Assembly: GCA_049969935.1 (NCBI GenBank)
Contig: JBMFNX010000003.1
Span: forward strand, 8,616-72,615
Source of the DNA: Nitrososphaeria archaeon
GTDB lineage: Archaea > Thermoproteota > Nitrososphaeria > JACIWG01
Direction: 5' to 3'
DNA: 64,000 nucleotides
The position numbers and the translations under genes are program-made. This document shows, piece by piece, positions 48,501 to 57,188 of this stretch. How positions within the stretch are numbered: the first letter of the stretch is position 1; the number at the start of each line of letters is the position of its first letter. The notes below the pieces were generated by a model. That model searched no databases and was not told the DNA's origin. It was given only the letters and a program-made list of their open reading frames with translations.

Positions 48501-48801
48501 ATTAAATGTTAAGGTTCTATATAAGGTCAGTGACAGGAGAGAACCTAATGTTTTAACCTACATAGTGAACAGGAAACTGGACCTGATAATAAATATTCCG
48601 GGGGCTGAAAGATTGGAAAGCTTCCAAAGTGTACTGGATGACGAATATGCTATAAGAAGAAAGGCTGTTGAAATGGGAATACCTGTTATAACAGTTCCAA
48701 GAGTACTGGAGGAGATTGTTAGAGGAATAAGGATGGTTAAAGAATTTAACATAAAATCATTGCAAGAGTACCATCAGCTAAGCATAACAAAAAAGTCGTA
48801 A
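45550..48801 (+). CDS. carB: carbamoyl-phosphate synthase large subunit
   Basis: 1083-aa ORF with duplicated ATP-grasp halves (VLVIGSGPIQI..., VIVLGAGTYRIGSSVEFD...) and an MGS-like C-terminus. Confidence 0.95.
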   Translation: MPKYDFIKKVLVIGSGPIQISMAGEFDYSGTQALKALKEEGVETVLVNSNIATIQTDPKMADKVYLLPTTAEFVEKVIEKERPDGILLGFGGQTALNCGFELYNRGVLEKYGVRVLGTSVESINITSDRQLFRRTMEENGIPVLPSEAVTNVEDALKVAERLGYPVIVRVAYNLGGRGGGVAYNQIELDEIVSRGIANSFIGQVLIEEYIGTYKQIEYEVVRDYYDNAVTVCNMENILGMRVHTGDNFVVSPSQTITNEEYHMLREASIKATRACKIVGECNVQLALDPNSQKYYVIEINPRLSRSSALASKATGYPLAYIAAKLALGYSLQEILNKVTNVTSSFFEPALDYVVVKVPRWDLAKFGQVDRRLRTQMKSVGEVMAIGRNFEEALQKAMRMLDVGLDGLSAEPEGETVEEIENMLAMPTDNILLHVVKALKMGFTVEKICQLTWIDKWFVEKIKNIVEIEERIRDAGRLDEGVVEVIREAKKAGFSDSQIARILNVNEFDVRNFRKKHDIIPVVKQVDTLAAEWPAKTNYLYMTYGGVKDDVEFVSDKKKVIVLGAGTYRIGSSVEFDWSTMNLVWALKNHGIEETIVINCNPETVSTDYDMSDKLYFEEITLERVLDIYEKENPLGVVTCVGGQTANNLAPKLAKANVRILGTRGEDVDRAEDRVKFSALLDTLKIPQPAWAKFTSIDDAKMFAEKIGYPVIVRPSYVLGGTVMKVAWNQWQLEEFLKRAAKVSKEYPVTVSKFIRGAMEVEVDGVCDGEHVVIGAIIEHLEPAGIHSGDATMIIPSQRLTAYHIEKIKDYTRRIARGLRIIGPFNIQYLVKGLEVSVIECNLRSSRSMPFVSKVKGINLMDYAAKALLGIGVEDLDEKKVSHVGVKTPQFSFMQVDGADPILGVEMKSTGEAACLGENFYEALLLAYASVGLKMIKPNPGGNVFVSVGNDIERETVEPLIRQLLWLGFNIYCTPGTAKYFNSRGLNVKVLYKVSDRREPNVLTYIVNRKLDLIINIPGAERLESFQSVLDDEYAIRRKAVEMGIPVITVPRVLEEIVRGIRMVKEFNIKSLQEYHQLSITKKS

Positions 48802-48832
48802 AAGTATAAATATTGCTTAATAACAATCATTA

Positions 48833-49144
48833 TTGAAGAACATAAAAGTTACAAACTTTTGTACAAAATGTACACTTCTAATTCTAATTATGATGCTTAC
48901 GATCGCTGTACCGAAAACATATGCCGTAAACAACACTTACACTGGACCAAACACATTTTTTATGGCATACAAATCTATGCCCTTAACCCTCCAAACAGAG
49001 ACAGATGGTGAAGTATGGGAAATGTGGACCTTCGCTATAAGAGATTTGGATACACCCATTGGAAAAGCCAGTTTAAGTGACTTCGAACTTTTGCAGCATG
49101 TTATGCCGAGTACGGGTACAGGCCTGATGAAGGCTACTATTTAA
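48833..49144 (+). CDS. hypothetical secreted or membrane-anchored protein (possibly the 5' part of a split gene)
   Basis: 103-aa ORF with an N-terminal hydrophobic signal-like segment CTLLILIMMLTIAVPKTYA. Confidence 0.45.
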   Translation: MKNIKVTNFCTKCTLLILIMMLTIAVPKTYAVNNTYTGPNTFFMAYKSMPLTLQTETDGEVWEMWTFAIRDLDTPIGKASLSDFELLQHVMPSTGTGLMKATI

Positions 49145-49152
49145 AAGCTATA

Positions 49153-49593
49153 ATGTTTGGAACACTAGAACGTGTAGAGGACGACGGTATGGAACACTGG
49201 AAACCGAATCCAGAATACAAAGTTTCAGGAGGAGGATCCTTTACAGTAAGACCTGTCACTGGACCTGACTACGAGGACTGGGAAAAGGTTATATTCAAAA
49301 TTTCTGCAAAAGATTCTTACGGTTCAAAAATAGTGGTCTCTGGAACATACATTTGTGCCAGCGGCCCTCCAGTATACTATATAAGCTTAACAATAAAGCT
49401 GACCGGACAAGTTTATGAATACAACTTCGATAATGGTTCATGGATTCCGACTGGTAGGGTGGAAACACACACTTTAAAGCTCAGAGGATATCCGGAAAAT
49501 TATTATTACCTTGAACCATATTACATTTTCGCGTACGCTTACCCTGATCAGCTCACATACTTTCCAGAATGGTGGCCGTACTGGTTGAGTTAA
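49153..49593 (+). CDS. hypothetical protein with an extremely aromatic C-terminus (possibly the 3' part of a split gene)
   Basis: 146-aa ORF. The last 34 residues, YPENYYYLEPYYIFAYAYPDQLTYFPEWWPYWLS, contain 15 aromatic residues. Confidence 0.5.
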   Translation: MFGTLERVEDDGMEHWKPNPEYKVSGGGSFTVRPVTGPDYEDWEKVIFKISAKDSYGSKIVVSGTYICASGPPVYYISLTIKLTGQVYEYNFDNGSWIPTGRVETHTLKLRGYPENYYYLEPYYIFAYAYPDQLTYFPEWWPYWLS

Positions 49594-49722
49594 ACTGTTT
49601 AAATCACACACCCACTATTTTTTACATTTTTGATAGTCTTACAGTATAAGTTTTCCTCTAAAACGTTTCTTTTAAATACATAAAATCTTTTTAGGCTTGA
49701 TACTTATATCACGAGGGGACTG

Positions 49723-50016
49723 TTGCCTCAGCAGAGAGAATACAGGGAAAGGGTATATATTAGGGCTGAGATTATTATTAAGCTTGCAGAATATGGACCA
49801 TTAACTTTAACAAATCTGGTTAGCTATTGTGGACTTAACCTTTCCAAACATAAAGAGATCTTGGATGAAATGGAGGCTAAAGGGCTTATAGCAAAGTTTT
49901 TTGAAAAGCAGGGTAAAAAGAATATTGTTAAATATAAGGTTACTGACAAGGGTATGAATTTTTATGAGCTAATCCTTAAGCCTTATATGGAAATGTTTCC
50001 TTTTAGGGGCAGGTAA
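49723..50016 (+). CDS. small winged-helix transcription regulator
   Basis: 97-aa ORF (TTG start) with IIIKLAEYGPLTLTNLVSYCGLNLSKHKEILDEMEAKGLI, typical of small archaeal wHTH proteins. Confidence 0.55.
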   Translation: MPQQREYRERVYIRAEIIIKLAEYGPLTLTNLVSYCGLNLSKHKEILDEMEAKGLIAKFFEKQGKKNIVKYKVTDKGMNFYELILKPYMEMFPFRGR

Positions 50017-50059
50017 CATTGTTCCATAAAGTATATTATTTTTTATTATACAAGTGTGA

Positions 50060-50434
50060 GTGTTTGATATGAGCGGAGGCGGTGGTGTTACCCTTTTAGA
50101 GTTGCTTGATAGTATTATTGAGAGAGTTAATAGTCTAAGGTCTATGTTTGTTATCCTAATCTTGGGCTCTATGATCCTTTCACCAGCTGCAATAATACTT
50201 TCTCTTATAGTAATATTTCATCCACTAATTCTATTTCTTTTACTTAGACAGCAGCCTTTTCTTGCATGGATCCTTTTTTCAGCATCAATAGGCACGATGC
50301 TACTTTCTCTTATAACACTATATTTTTCTTTAAAGGAATATAGGTTCTTTACAAAATGGGGTGAAAGGTATAAAGAATATTTGATGAAAAAAGAGAAGTT
50401 AGAGGAAGAGCTTAAGAAGGAAGGTTTGATCTGA
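50060..50434 (+). CDS. small membrane protein (2-3 TM segments) with a charged C-terminal tail
   Basis: 124-aa ORF with hydrophobic stretches (FVILILGSMILSPAAIILSLIVIF, AWILFSASIGTMLLSLITLYF) and a KE-rich tail. Confidence 0.5.
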   Translation: MFDMSGGGGVTLLELLDSIIERVNSLRSMFVILILGSMILSPAAIILSLIVIFHPLILFLLLRQQPFLAWILFSASIGTMLLSLITLYFSLKEYRFFTKWGERYKEYLMKKEKLEEELKKEGLI

Positions 50435-50436
50435 TA

Positions 50437-51663
50437 CTATTTCCTCTTGGAACTGGCTGATACAAGTGATATTACATCACGGTCTTTTAGCTTATATGTT
50501 ACGGGAAGCCTCAGACCATCCCTACAGTCTATGCCATAGAGTAGGCCTTTAGCGAGTTCCGTATGCACTTCTCTAGCTAAATCTGCTATGGTTGCACCAT
50601 ATGGCATAAGATGCACATCTGGTAGAACATTACCGTTTTTGTCCGTTAAAGTCTTTGGATCATATACTGGATAAACTGCACTCATTCTAAGCAGTTTAAA
50701 TACGACAACATTTAATGCAAACTGTACTCCAGTGTGAAGGTACTTGCTGAGTATACTTTTTCGAATAAAGTTTAAGGCCCACTTCTGCTTTTCTGTCATC
50801 TTACTCGAGTCTATTACCCTAAACCTTTCTTCTCCAGGAATATATTTTATGTAACCCTTCTGTTCAGCCCTTCGTAAAGTTAGTTCGGCTTCAGCGCTTG
50901 TAGGTATTACTATCATGTCAGAGTAAGCTTCTCTTATTCTTTCAAAATTTTCTTCAGATTGGGGAAGGTCCATCTTGTTTGCAACAATAATCGTTGGCTT
51001 CGACACATCCCTCAAAGTCCAAGTGAAATCCTTTAGCTCCTCTTCACTCCAGTTTCTGAAATCCTTTTTATCTAATCCAGACTTCTCTAAAGCTGTAACA
51101 ACATGCTCTTTCGTGACGCCAACACCTTGCATGAAGCTATTGATTATTGTCGGCAGGTCGACATCACGCTTAAGATCCCTTTCTATCCTATCCTGGTTTG
51201 TGAGAATAAGCTTCATGTACCACATTACAAGCTCCTCTTCAATGTCACCAATGTCTGCAACCGGATCCCCTGTTCCAGGCTCACATATTCTCCCTTCAGC
51301 ATCAATTGAGCCTGATGCATCAACAACATGTATTAGCGCATCAGATTGAGCTGCTACTGAAAGGAATTGGTTGCCTAAACCTTTTCCCATCCAAGCTCCC
51401 TTAATGAGCCCAGGCAAGTCTATAAGTTCTATTGGAATAAATCGCCACCCATCTTCGCATCTAGAATTCTGTGGATTATCTTTTACCCCAAACTCTTTAT
51501 GAACACATAATGTTACAACATGCGCTATACCCAAGTTTGGAACCTTTGTAGTAAAAGGATAGGTTGAAACTTCGGCTGACTGTAATGTTGCAGAATTAAA
51601 GAATGTAGTCTTACCAGTGTTCGTTTTCCCAACTAAACCAATTTTTACACGCATCTCTACCAT
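50437..51663 (-). CDS. Obg/YchF/DRG-type GTPase with a C-terminal TGS-like domain
   Basis: 408-aa ORF with G1 GLVGKTNTGKTT, G3 DLPGLI, and G4 NKMD. Confidence 0.8.
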   Translation of the reverse strand: MVEMRVKIGLVGKTNTGKTTFFNSATLQSAEVSTYPFTTKVPNLGIAHVVTLCVHKEFGVKDNPQNSRCEDGWRFIPIELIDLPGLIKGAWMGKGLGNQFLSVAAQSDALIHVVDASGSIDAEGRICEPGTGDPVADIGDIEEELVMWYMKLILTNQDRIERDLKRDVDLPTIINSFMQGVGVTKEHVVTALEKSGLDKKDFRNWSEEELKDFTWTLRDVSKPTIIVANKMDLPQSEENFERIREAYSDMIVIPTSAEAELTLRRAEQKGYIKYIPGEERFRVIDSSKMTEKQKWALNFIRKSILSKYLHTGVQFALNVVVFKLLRMSAVYPVYDPKTLTDKNGNVLPDVHLMPYGATIADLAREVHTELAKGLLYGIDCRDGLRLPVTYKLKDRDVISLVSASSKRK

Positions 51664-52174
51664 TGGGGATAGAGATACTACTATTTTATTTTTTTATCGT
51701 GTCAAATAGTTAACATATTATGGTCATAGGTAAAGCTCTGGGCAACAAATCTTTATCCTGAGCATGCCCAGAAATGCCATCACGTTTCCATCTTTTTCGC
51801 ACAGGCATTTTCTGCATTTTTTATTATATGTCTTCAGTATGGATAAAGCTGACTTGCAGGCAGAGTAACAGTAGTGTTTGAAATAGCTTCATGTTCTTCA
51901 TTTAATATGTATTCTAACATGAGCTTAGCATAGGATGCTATTCTCATAACAGCATAACCAACGTGTAGTTTGCCATTTCCTAAAACCCCTCTATATATAT
52001 TATTTTCACTGCTTCGGCATTAGCTTTATAATAGAAGGGACTATGAGAATGACCTCCATAACATGAATATATATAAAAGTGTTATATGAGGTTAAATGTT
52101 CAGAGACCGTTTAACAATTTTTAACCTTAGTAAGATTTATATTATATATTGTTGGAATGCTTTTGTGATTTAAC

Positions 52175-53416
52175 ATGATTTTAGACCCCCTCGCATTTTT
52201 AGTATCTATTATACTTTATATTGCGGGGGCTTACACGTTCTATCTCATATTTTTAGGAATATATAATAGGAATCAACTTCATAGGGAAAGCTTCTATTTT
52301 AAGTTGAAAAATTTTCCCTATTATTCGATTATTGTTCCTGCAAAAAATGAGGAGAGGGTTATTGGAAGAGTTTTAAGTAAGCTTGTTGAACAAGATTATC
52401 CAAAAAACTTGTATGAGGTAATTGTTGTAGAAGATGGTTCAACAGATAGGACGCTAGAAATTGCAAAAAAATATGAGAGAGAATATGAGAATATTAAGGT
52501 TGTCCATTGTGGAGAAAGTAGGGGGAAACCTCATTCTATAAACGTTGGATTAGAACATGCTAAGGGTGAAGTGATAGGAGTCTTGGATGCGGACGCTATT
52601 CCCCCACCAAACATGCTTCTTAGGGTGTCAGATTATATGCAGGATCCATATGTTGATGCAATTCAATGCGTTTACCAGTATGTTAATGGTAACGAGGGAA
52701 TACTTGCTAAAGCAGGAATGTTTGAGGGACTCCTATGGCACGCTTTTGTGCTAAGAGTTAAGGATATGGCCGGACTTTTTGTACCACTCTGTGGAAGTGG
52801 AATGTTCATAAAAAGACATGTTTTCGAAAAGATAGGCAAATGGAATGAAAAATCTCTTACAGAGGATGTTGACTTTTCTCTTAGAATGCTTAAGGCAGGA
52901 TTTAAAATAAGGCATGCACTAATTCCAATTGGACATGAGACACCTGGTAAGCTTAAAGCATTTTTTAAGCAAAGAGTAAGATGGTATAGAGGATACTTTG
53001 TTACTGGAATAAAGCATATTGACGTGTGGAAGTATCTTAACAAGAGACTGGCCTTCGACATATCCTTCACACTCTTAAGCCCACTACTTTCGGTTCTTGC
53101 AACGGTAGCATACTTTTTTAACACATTATATTTTCTGAATACAATGAAAATTGTTTCTTTCCTAAGCCTTCTTTTAGGAGTCTTTTCATACCAGTTTATT
53201 TACCTTAGCATAGCAATGCTATGGATACTATTAAGTAATATAAAGGATAAGATGACCTATATTATGATGTCATTTTTTTCAATACCATACTTTTTCCTAC
53301 TTTCAATAATAAACATGTACGTTATCTTCACACTTATTTTCAAAAGGTCCATGGAGTGGACTAAAACAGATAAGACTGGAGCATTCGACCAAAAATATTT
53401 TAACCCATTTTCTTAA
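52175..53416 (+). CDS. family 2 glycosyltransferase, processive type, membrane-integrated
   Basis: 413-aa ORF with EDGSTD, LDADA and QRVRW (QxxRW) motifs, flanked by TM segments. Confidence 0.85.
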   Translation: MILDPLAFLVSIILYIAGAYTFYLIFLGIYNRNQLHRESFYFKLKNFPYYSIIVPAKNEERVIGRVLSKLVEQDYPKNLYEVIVVEDGSTDRTLEIAKKYEREYENIKVVHCGESRGKPHSINVGLEHAKGEVIGVLDADAIPPPNMLLRVSDYMQDPYVDAIQCVYQYVNGNEGILAKAGMFEGLLWHAFVLRVKDMAGLFVPLCGSGMFIKRHVFEKIGKWNEKSLTEDVDFSLRMLKAGFKIRHALIPIGHETPGKLKAFFKQRVRWYRGYFVTGIKHIDVWKYLNKRLAFDISFTLLSPLLSVLATVAYFFNTLYFLNTMKIVSFLSLLLGVFSYQFIYLSIAMLWILLSNIKDKMTYIMMSFFSIPYFFLLSIINMYVIFTLIFKRSMEWTKTDKTGAFDQKYFNPFS

Positions 53417-53478
53417 TATAGTCCTTATCCTAAACAAATCTTTTATATCATAGAATGTGGGTTCTGCGATAGGATAGC

Positions 53479-54486
53479 ATGGGTAAAATGGCAGGAACCT
53501 TGGAGGTCAAGGGTAAAGGTGGAGGGGTTATTGTAGAGTATAGGGGAAAATCTTATGCCTTCGACTCCAAGGCTCCTGTCAAAGCAGACTACTATTTTGT
53601 TTCACATGCTCACGTTGACCACGTGTACGGTGGACTTAAAGGGAACATTATTGCTTCAAAAGAGACGGTGGTTCTTGCGAGAGAAAGAGGATATTCTTTA
53701 CCAGATCCAATCAGCTTAGAGGAAGTTGAACTTTATGATTCAAGCCATATTGTTGGATCAAAGTCGATTTTGATAGATGATAAAATATTCTATACTGGAG
53801 ATATAGCCTTGCATGCTAGGGGATTTCTTAAATCTCCAAAGTTGCCTAAAGCAAGAATACTTGTTATTGAAACAACCTATGGTCATCCAAAATATTTGTT
53901 TCCAAACCCAGCTAAGGTTGTGGAGGAAGTGAACAAGCTTATTTCCGAAATGTATGAGAAGGGTGTTCCAGTTGCACTCTGCGGCTACCCTTTAGGTAAA
54001 GCTCAGATGCTTTCATACCTGTTTTCTACATGGGAGCCAATATATGTTCAAGAAAGTATTATGAGGTTAAATGAAGTATGTAGGTCGTTTGGTATACCAA
54101 TAAAATCCTTTACATCATATTCTGAGGCGAGGGAGAAAGGTTTACTAGAAAAGAGGCCGTGGATACTTTTAGCTCCATCCTACACACTAAAAAGTGGTAT
54201 GATGAAGTTTTTGAAGAAGAAATATGATGTTGTAACATTCTATTTTTCCGGTTGGACATTGGACAGAAGGTTCGGGAACAATGGAGCAGACTACTCTTTC
54301 CCACTAAGCGATCACTGTGATTACATGGATTTACTAAAGGTTGTTAAAAATGTTGAGCCGGAAAAAATTTTTACCGTACACGGTTATGCAGACGAATTTT
54401 CTATTGAATTAAAGAAAATTGGATATGATGCTGAACCACTTGCCATAAAACAAACGTGGCTTGATGAATTCTATAGAAGTGATTAG
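53479..54486 (+). CDS. metallo-beta-lactamase-fold (beta-CASP-like) exonuclease, ligase-associated DNA damage response type
   Basis: 335-aa ORF with the SHAHVDH (HxHxDH) motif, C-terminal PLSDHCDY, and TVHGYA. Confidence 0.7.
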   Translation: MGKMAGTLEVKGKGGGVIVEYRGKSYAFDSKAPVKADYYFVSHAHVDHVYGGLKGNIIASKETVVLARERGYSLPDPISLEEVELYDSSHIVGSKSILIDDKIFYTGDIALHARGFLKSPKLPKARILVIETTYGHPKYLFPNPAKVVEEVNKLISEMYEKGVPVALCGYPLGKAQMLSYLFSTWEPIYVQESIMRLNEVCRSFGIPIKSFTSYSEAREKGLLEKRPWILLAPSYTLKSGMMKFLKKKYDVVTFYFSGWTLDRRFGNNGADYSFPLSDHCDYMDLLKVVKNVEPEKIFTVHGYADEFSIELKKIGYDAEPLAIKQTWLDEFYRSD

Positions 54487-54496
54487 GGGGAAGTTA

Positions 54497-57142
54497 ATGG
54501 CACTCGAGTATGCAAAGAGAAAGTATACGATGGATGAGGTTTTAAGTGTGCTGGAGCCTGAGCTTAGACAATGGTTCAGCAGGTTCAAGAAATTGACGCC
54601 ACCTCAAGAGTATTCGATAATTCCCATTATGGAGGGAAAAAATACGTTGATCGCTTCACCAACAGGGTCAGGAAAAACTTTTGCAGTATTCTTGAGTATA
54701 ATAAATGAGCTTTTAAAAATGAGTAAAATGGGACAGCTTGAAGATAAAGTCTACTGCGTTTACGTTTCACCATTAAAAGCTCTTGATTACGATGTTGAAA
54801 AAAACTTGAAACAGCCTCTTGATGAAATATTCCAGAAAGAAGAATTTAGAGGGAAAGGTTTTACAGAAATCAGAGTCGGTGTCAGGACAGGGGACACTAC
54901 ACAGATTGAGAGGTCGAGAATGCTTAAAAGGCCGCCTCATATTCTTGTGACAACACCTGAGAGTATAGCCATTCTTTTGGTGGCGCCAAAGTTTAGAGAA
55001 AAAATGAAGTCAGTTAAGTGGGTGATCGTGGACGAAATACATGAAGTGTGTAGTAGTAAACGTGGAGTACACCTGTCTTTGAGCCTAGAAAGGCTGCAGC
55101 ATTTAACTTCCGGAAATCTTGTGAGAATAGGCTTATCGGCTACAATACATCCGATTGAAGAGGTTGCAAAATATCTTGTAGGATATAACGATGATGGCAC
55201 GGAAAGGGACTGTCTAATAGTTGATACAAGGTTCGTTAAACCAATAGAGTTAAAGGTGATATGCCCAGTAAGTGACCTAGTGCATACTTCAGCCGAAGAG
55301 ACGACAGTAAAAATGTACAAGCTTATAAAGAATATTGTTAAAAGACATAAAACGACACTAATTTTCACGAACACAAGATCTGGCACAGAAAGGGTTGTTT
55401 TCCAGCTTTCAAAGCTTAAGGTTGTTGACGGAGATGAGCTAGCAGCACACCATGGCTCCCTTTCAAGAGAAATAAGACGTGATATAGAGGATAGATTAAA
55501 GCATGGGCTCATGAAGGCTGTTGTCACAAGCACGTCACTTGAGCTCGGCATCGACGTTGGAAGTATCGAGGCAGTAGTACAGATTGGTTCACCAAAGTCG
55601 GTTTCAAAATGTCTTCAGAGAGTCGGCAGGTCAGGACATTCTCTTGAAAAACTTTCGAAAGGATATCTTATACCATTAGAAAGGGATGACCTGGTAGAAG
55701 ATGCTGTCATAGTAAGTGAGGCTAAAAAGGGTGCACTCGATAGAGTACATATTCCCAAAAACTGTTTAGACGTACTAGCACAGCATGTGGTCGGAATGGC
55801 AATAGAACAACGTTGGAAGGTTGATGAAGCATACAAGTTGATTAGGAGAAGCTACAACTATCAAAGTCTTCCCTTAAACATGTTCAAGAACATTTTAAAG
55901 TACTTGAGTGGAGGATATCAGCAGCTTGAAGGACATAGGGTTTATGGAAAAATATGGTATGATGAGAACGAGAATACTTTTGGAAGAAGGGGGGCTCTGG
56001 TTAGGGTAATATATTCGACAAACATTGGAACGATTCCAGAAAATGTGCACGTTAAAGTCTTAACCTTAAACAATAGATGGGTTGGAATGATCGAAGAAGA
56101 GTTTCTTGAAAGACTTGCTCCAGGAGACATTTTCCTTCTAGGAGGCAGACCATATGAGTTCAAGTATGCTAAAGGTTTAACAGCATACGTTTCTCCAGCG
56201 GAAGGGGAAAAGCCTACCGTACCAACATGGTTTAGTGAAATGTTACCACTAAGCTTTGATACTGCTGAAGCTATAGGACGGTTCAGGGAAAAGCTCTTTA
56301 AAATGATAAAAGAAAATGTTCCAAAAAAAGAGATATTGAAGTTTATAAGGAGGGAGACTTCCTCAGACCCTAAAGCATGTGAATCAATATACAACTATTT
56401 TATAGCCCAAGAAGAGTTCCTAAAACATTTGAATGTAGATGTCAGACACTCTGACAAAAACATTATTGTAGAAAATTATGTTGACCCAGAAAATAGACAA
56501 AATTTTATCTTTCATGCAGTATTTGGAAGAAGAGTGAACGAGGCACTATCAAGAATATACGCTTATTTGATAATGAAATATGCTAAAAGAAGTGTTTCTG
56601 TAACGGTAACAGACTCTGGCTTCATATTGACGGTTCCAGGCCACATACCCCTCGACATAAAGAGGGTTTTAGAAATGGTTTCAAAAGAAAACGCTAGAAG
56701 ACTATTGATTGAGGCAATAAAGAATACAGAACTTGTTAAACGAAGATTTAGACACTGTGCAACAAGGTCCCTTATGATTTTAAGAAACTATAAAGGGCAT
56801 GAGATAACAGTAAACAGGCAGCAGATAAGCTCTCAGACACTAATGTCTCTAGTTGAAGATTTAGCTGAATTTCCAGTATTAAGTGAAACCTACAGAGAGA
56901 TTATAGAAGATTTAATGGATGTAGAGAATGCTGCAAAAGTTGTAGAGGACATAGAAAATGGTGTTAGAAGATATATTATCTTGAAACAGTATGACCTACC
57001 TTCACCGTTCTCACATGATATGCTGTTGACAGGATACAGTGATATAGTTCTAATGGAGGACAAGAAGGCTTTACTAAAAAGCCTATACGATGAAGTCATC
57101 TCAAGAGTGAAAGCTAGCGGTATAATTCTTACAGAAAACTAG
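54497..57142 (+). CDS. lhr: Lhr-family DEXH-box helicase (Lhr-core with DEAD/H-associated C-terminal domain)
   Basis: Walker A SPTGSGKT, DEIH box (VIVDEIHEV), SAT (LSAT), HHGSLSRE and QRVGRSGH motifs, plus a long C-terminal domain. I place the start at ATG 54497, 7 nt after a GGGGG run and 10 nt after the upstream stop. The track ORF begins at 54461. Confidence 0.85.
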   Translation: MALEYAKRKYTMDEVLSVLEPELRQWFSRFKKLTPPQEYSIIPIMEGKNTLIASPTGSGKTFAVFLSIINELLKMSKMGQLEDKVYCVYVSPLKALDYDVEKNLKQPLDEIFQKEEFRGKGFTEIRVGVRTGDTTQIERSRMLKRPPHILVTTPESIAILLVAPKFREKMKSVKWVIVDEIHEVCSSKRGVHLSLSLERLQHLTSGNLVRIGLSATIHPIEEVAKYLVGYNDDGTERDCLIVDTRFVKPIELKVICPVSDLVHTSAEETTVKMYKLIKNIVKRHKTTLIFTNTRSGTERVVFQLSKLKVVDGDELAAHHGSLSREIRRDIEDRLKHGLMKAVVTSTSLELGIDVGSIEAVVQIGSPKSVSKCLQRVGRSGHSLEKLSKGYLIPLERDDLVEDAVIVSEAKKGALDRVHIPKNCLDVLAQHVVGMAIEQRWKVDEAYKLIRRSYNYQSLPLNMFKNILKYLSGGYQQLEGHRVYGKIWYDENENTFGRRGALVRVIYSTNIGTIPENVHVKVLTLNNRWVGMIEEEFLERLAPGDIFLLGGRPYEFKYAKGLTAYVSPAEGEKPTVPTWFSEMLPLSFDTAEAIGRFREKLFKMIKENVPKKEILKFIRRETSSDPKACESIYNYFIAQEEFLKHLNVDVRHSDKNIIVENYVDPENRQNFIFHAVFGRRVNEALSRIYAYLIMKYAKRSVSVTVTDSGFILTVPGHIPLDIKRVLEMVSKENARRLLIEAIKNTELVKRRFRHCATRSLMILRNYKGHEITVNRQQISSQTLMSLVEDLAEFPVLSETYREIIEDLMDVENAAKVVEDIENGVRRYIILKQYDLPSPFSHDMLLTGYSDIVLMEDKKALLKSLYDEVISRVKASGIILTEN

Positions 57143-57188
57143 TACACTTCAAAAACTTATATTAGGGAAATATGGTGAAAAATTCTGG

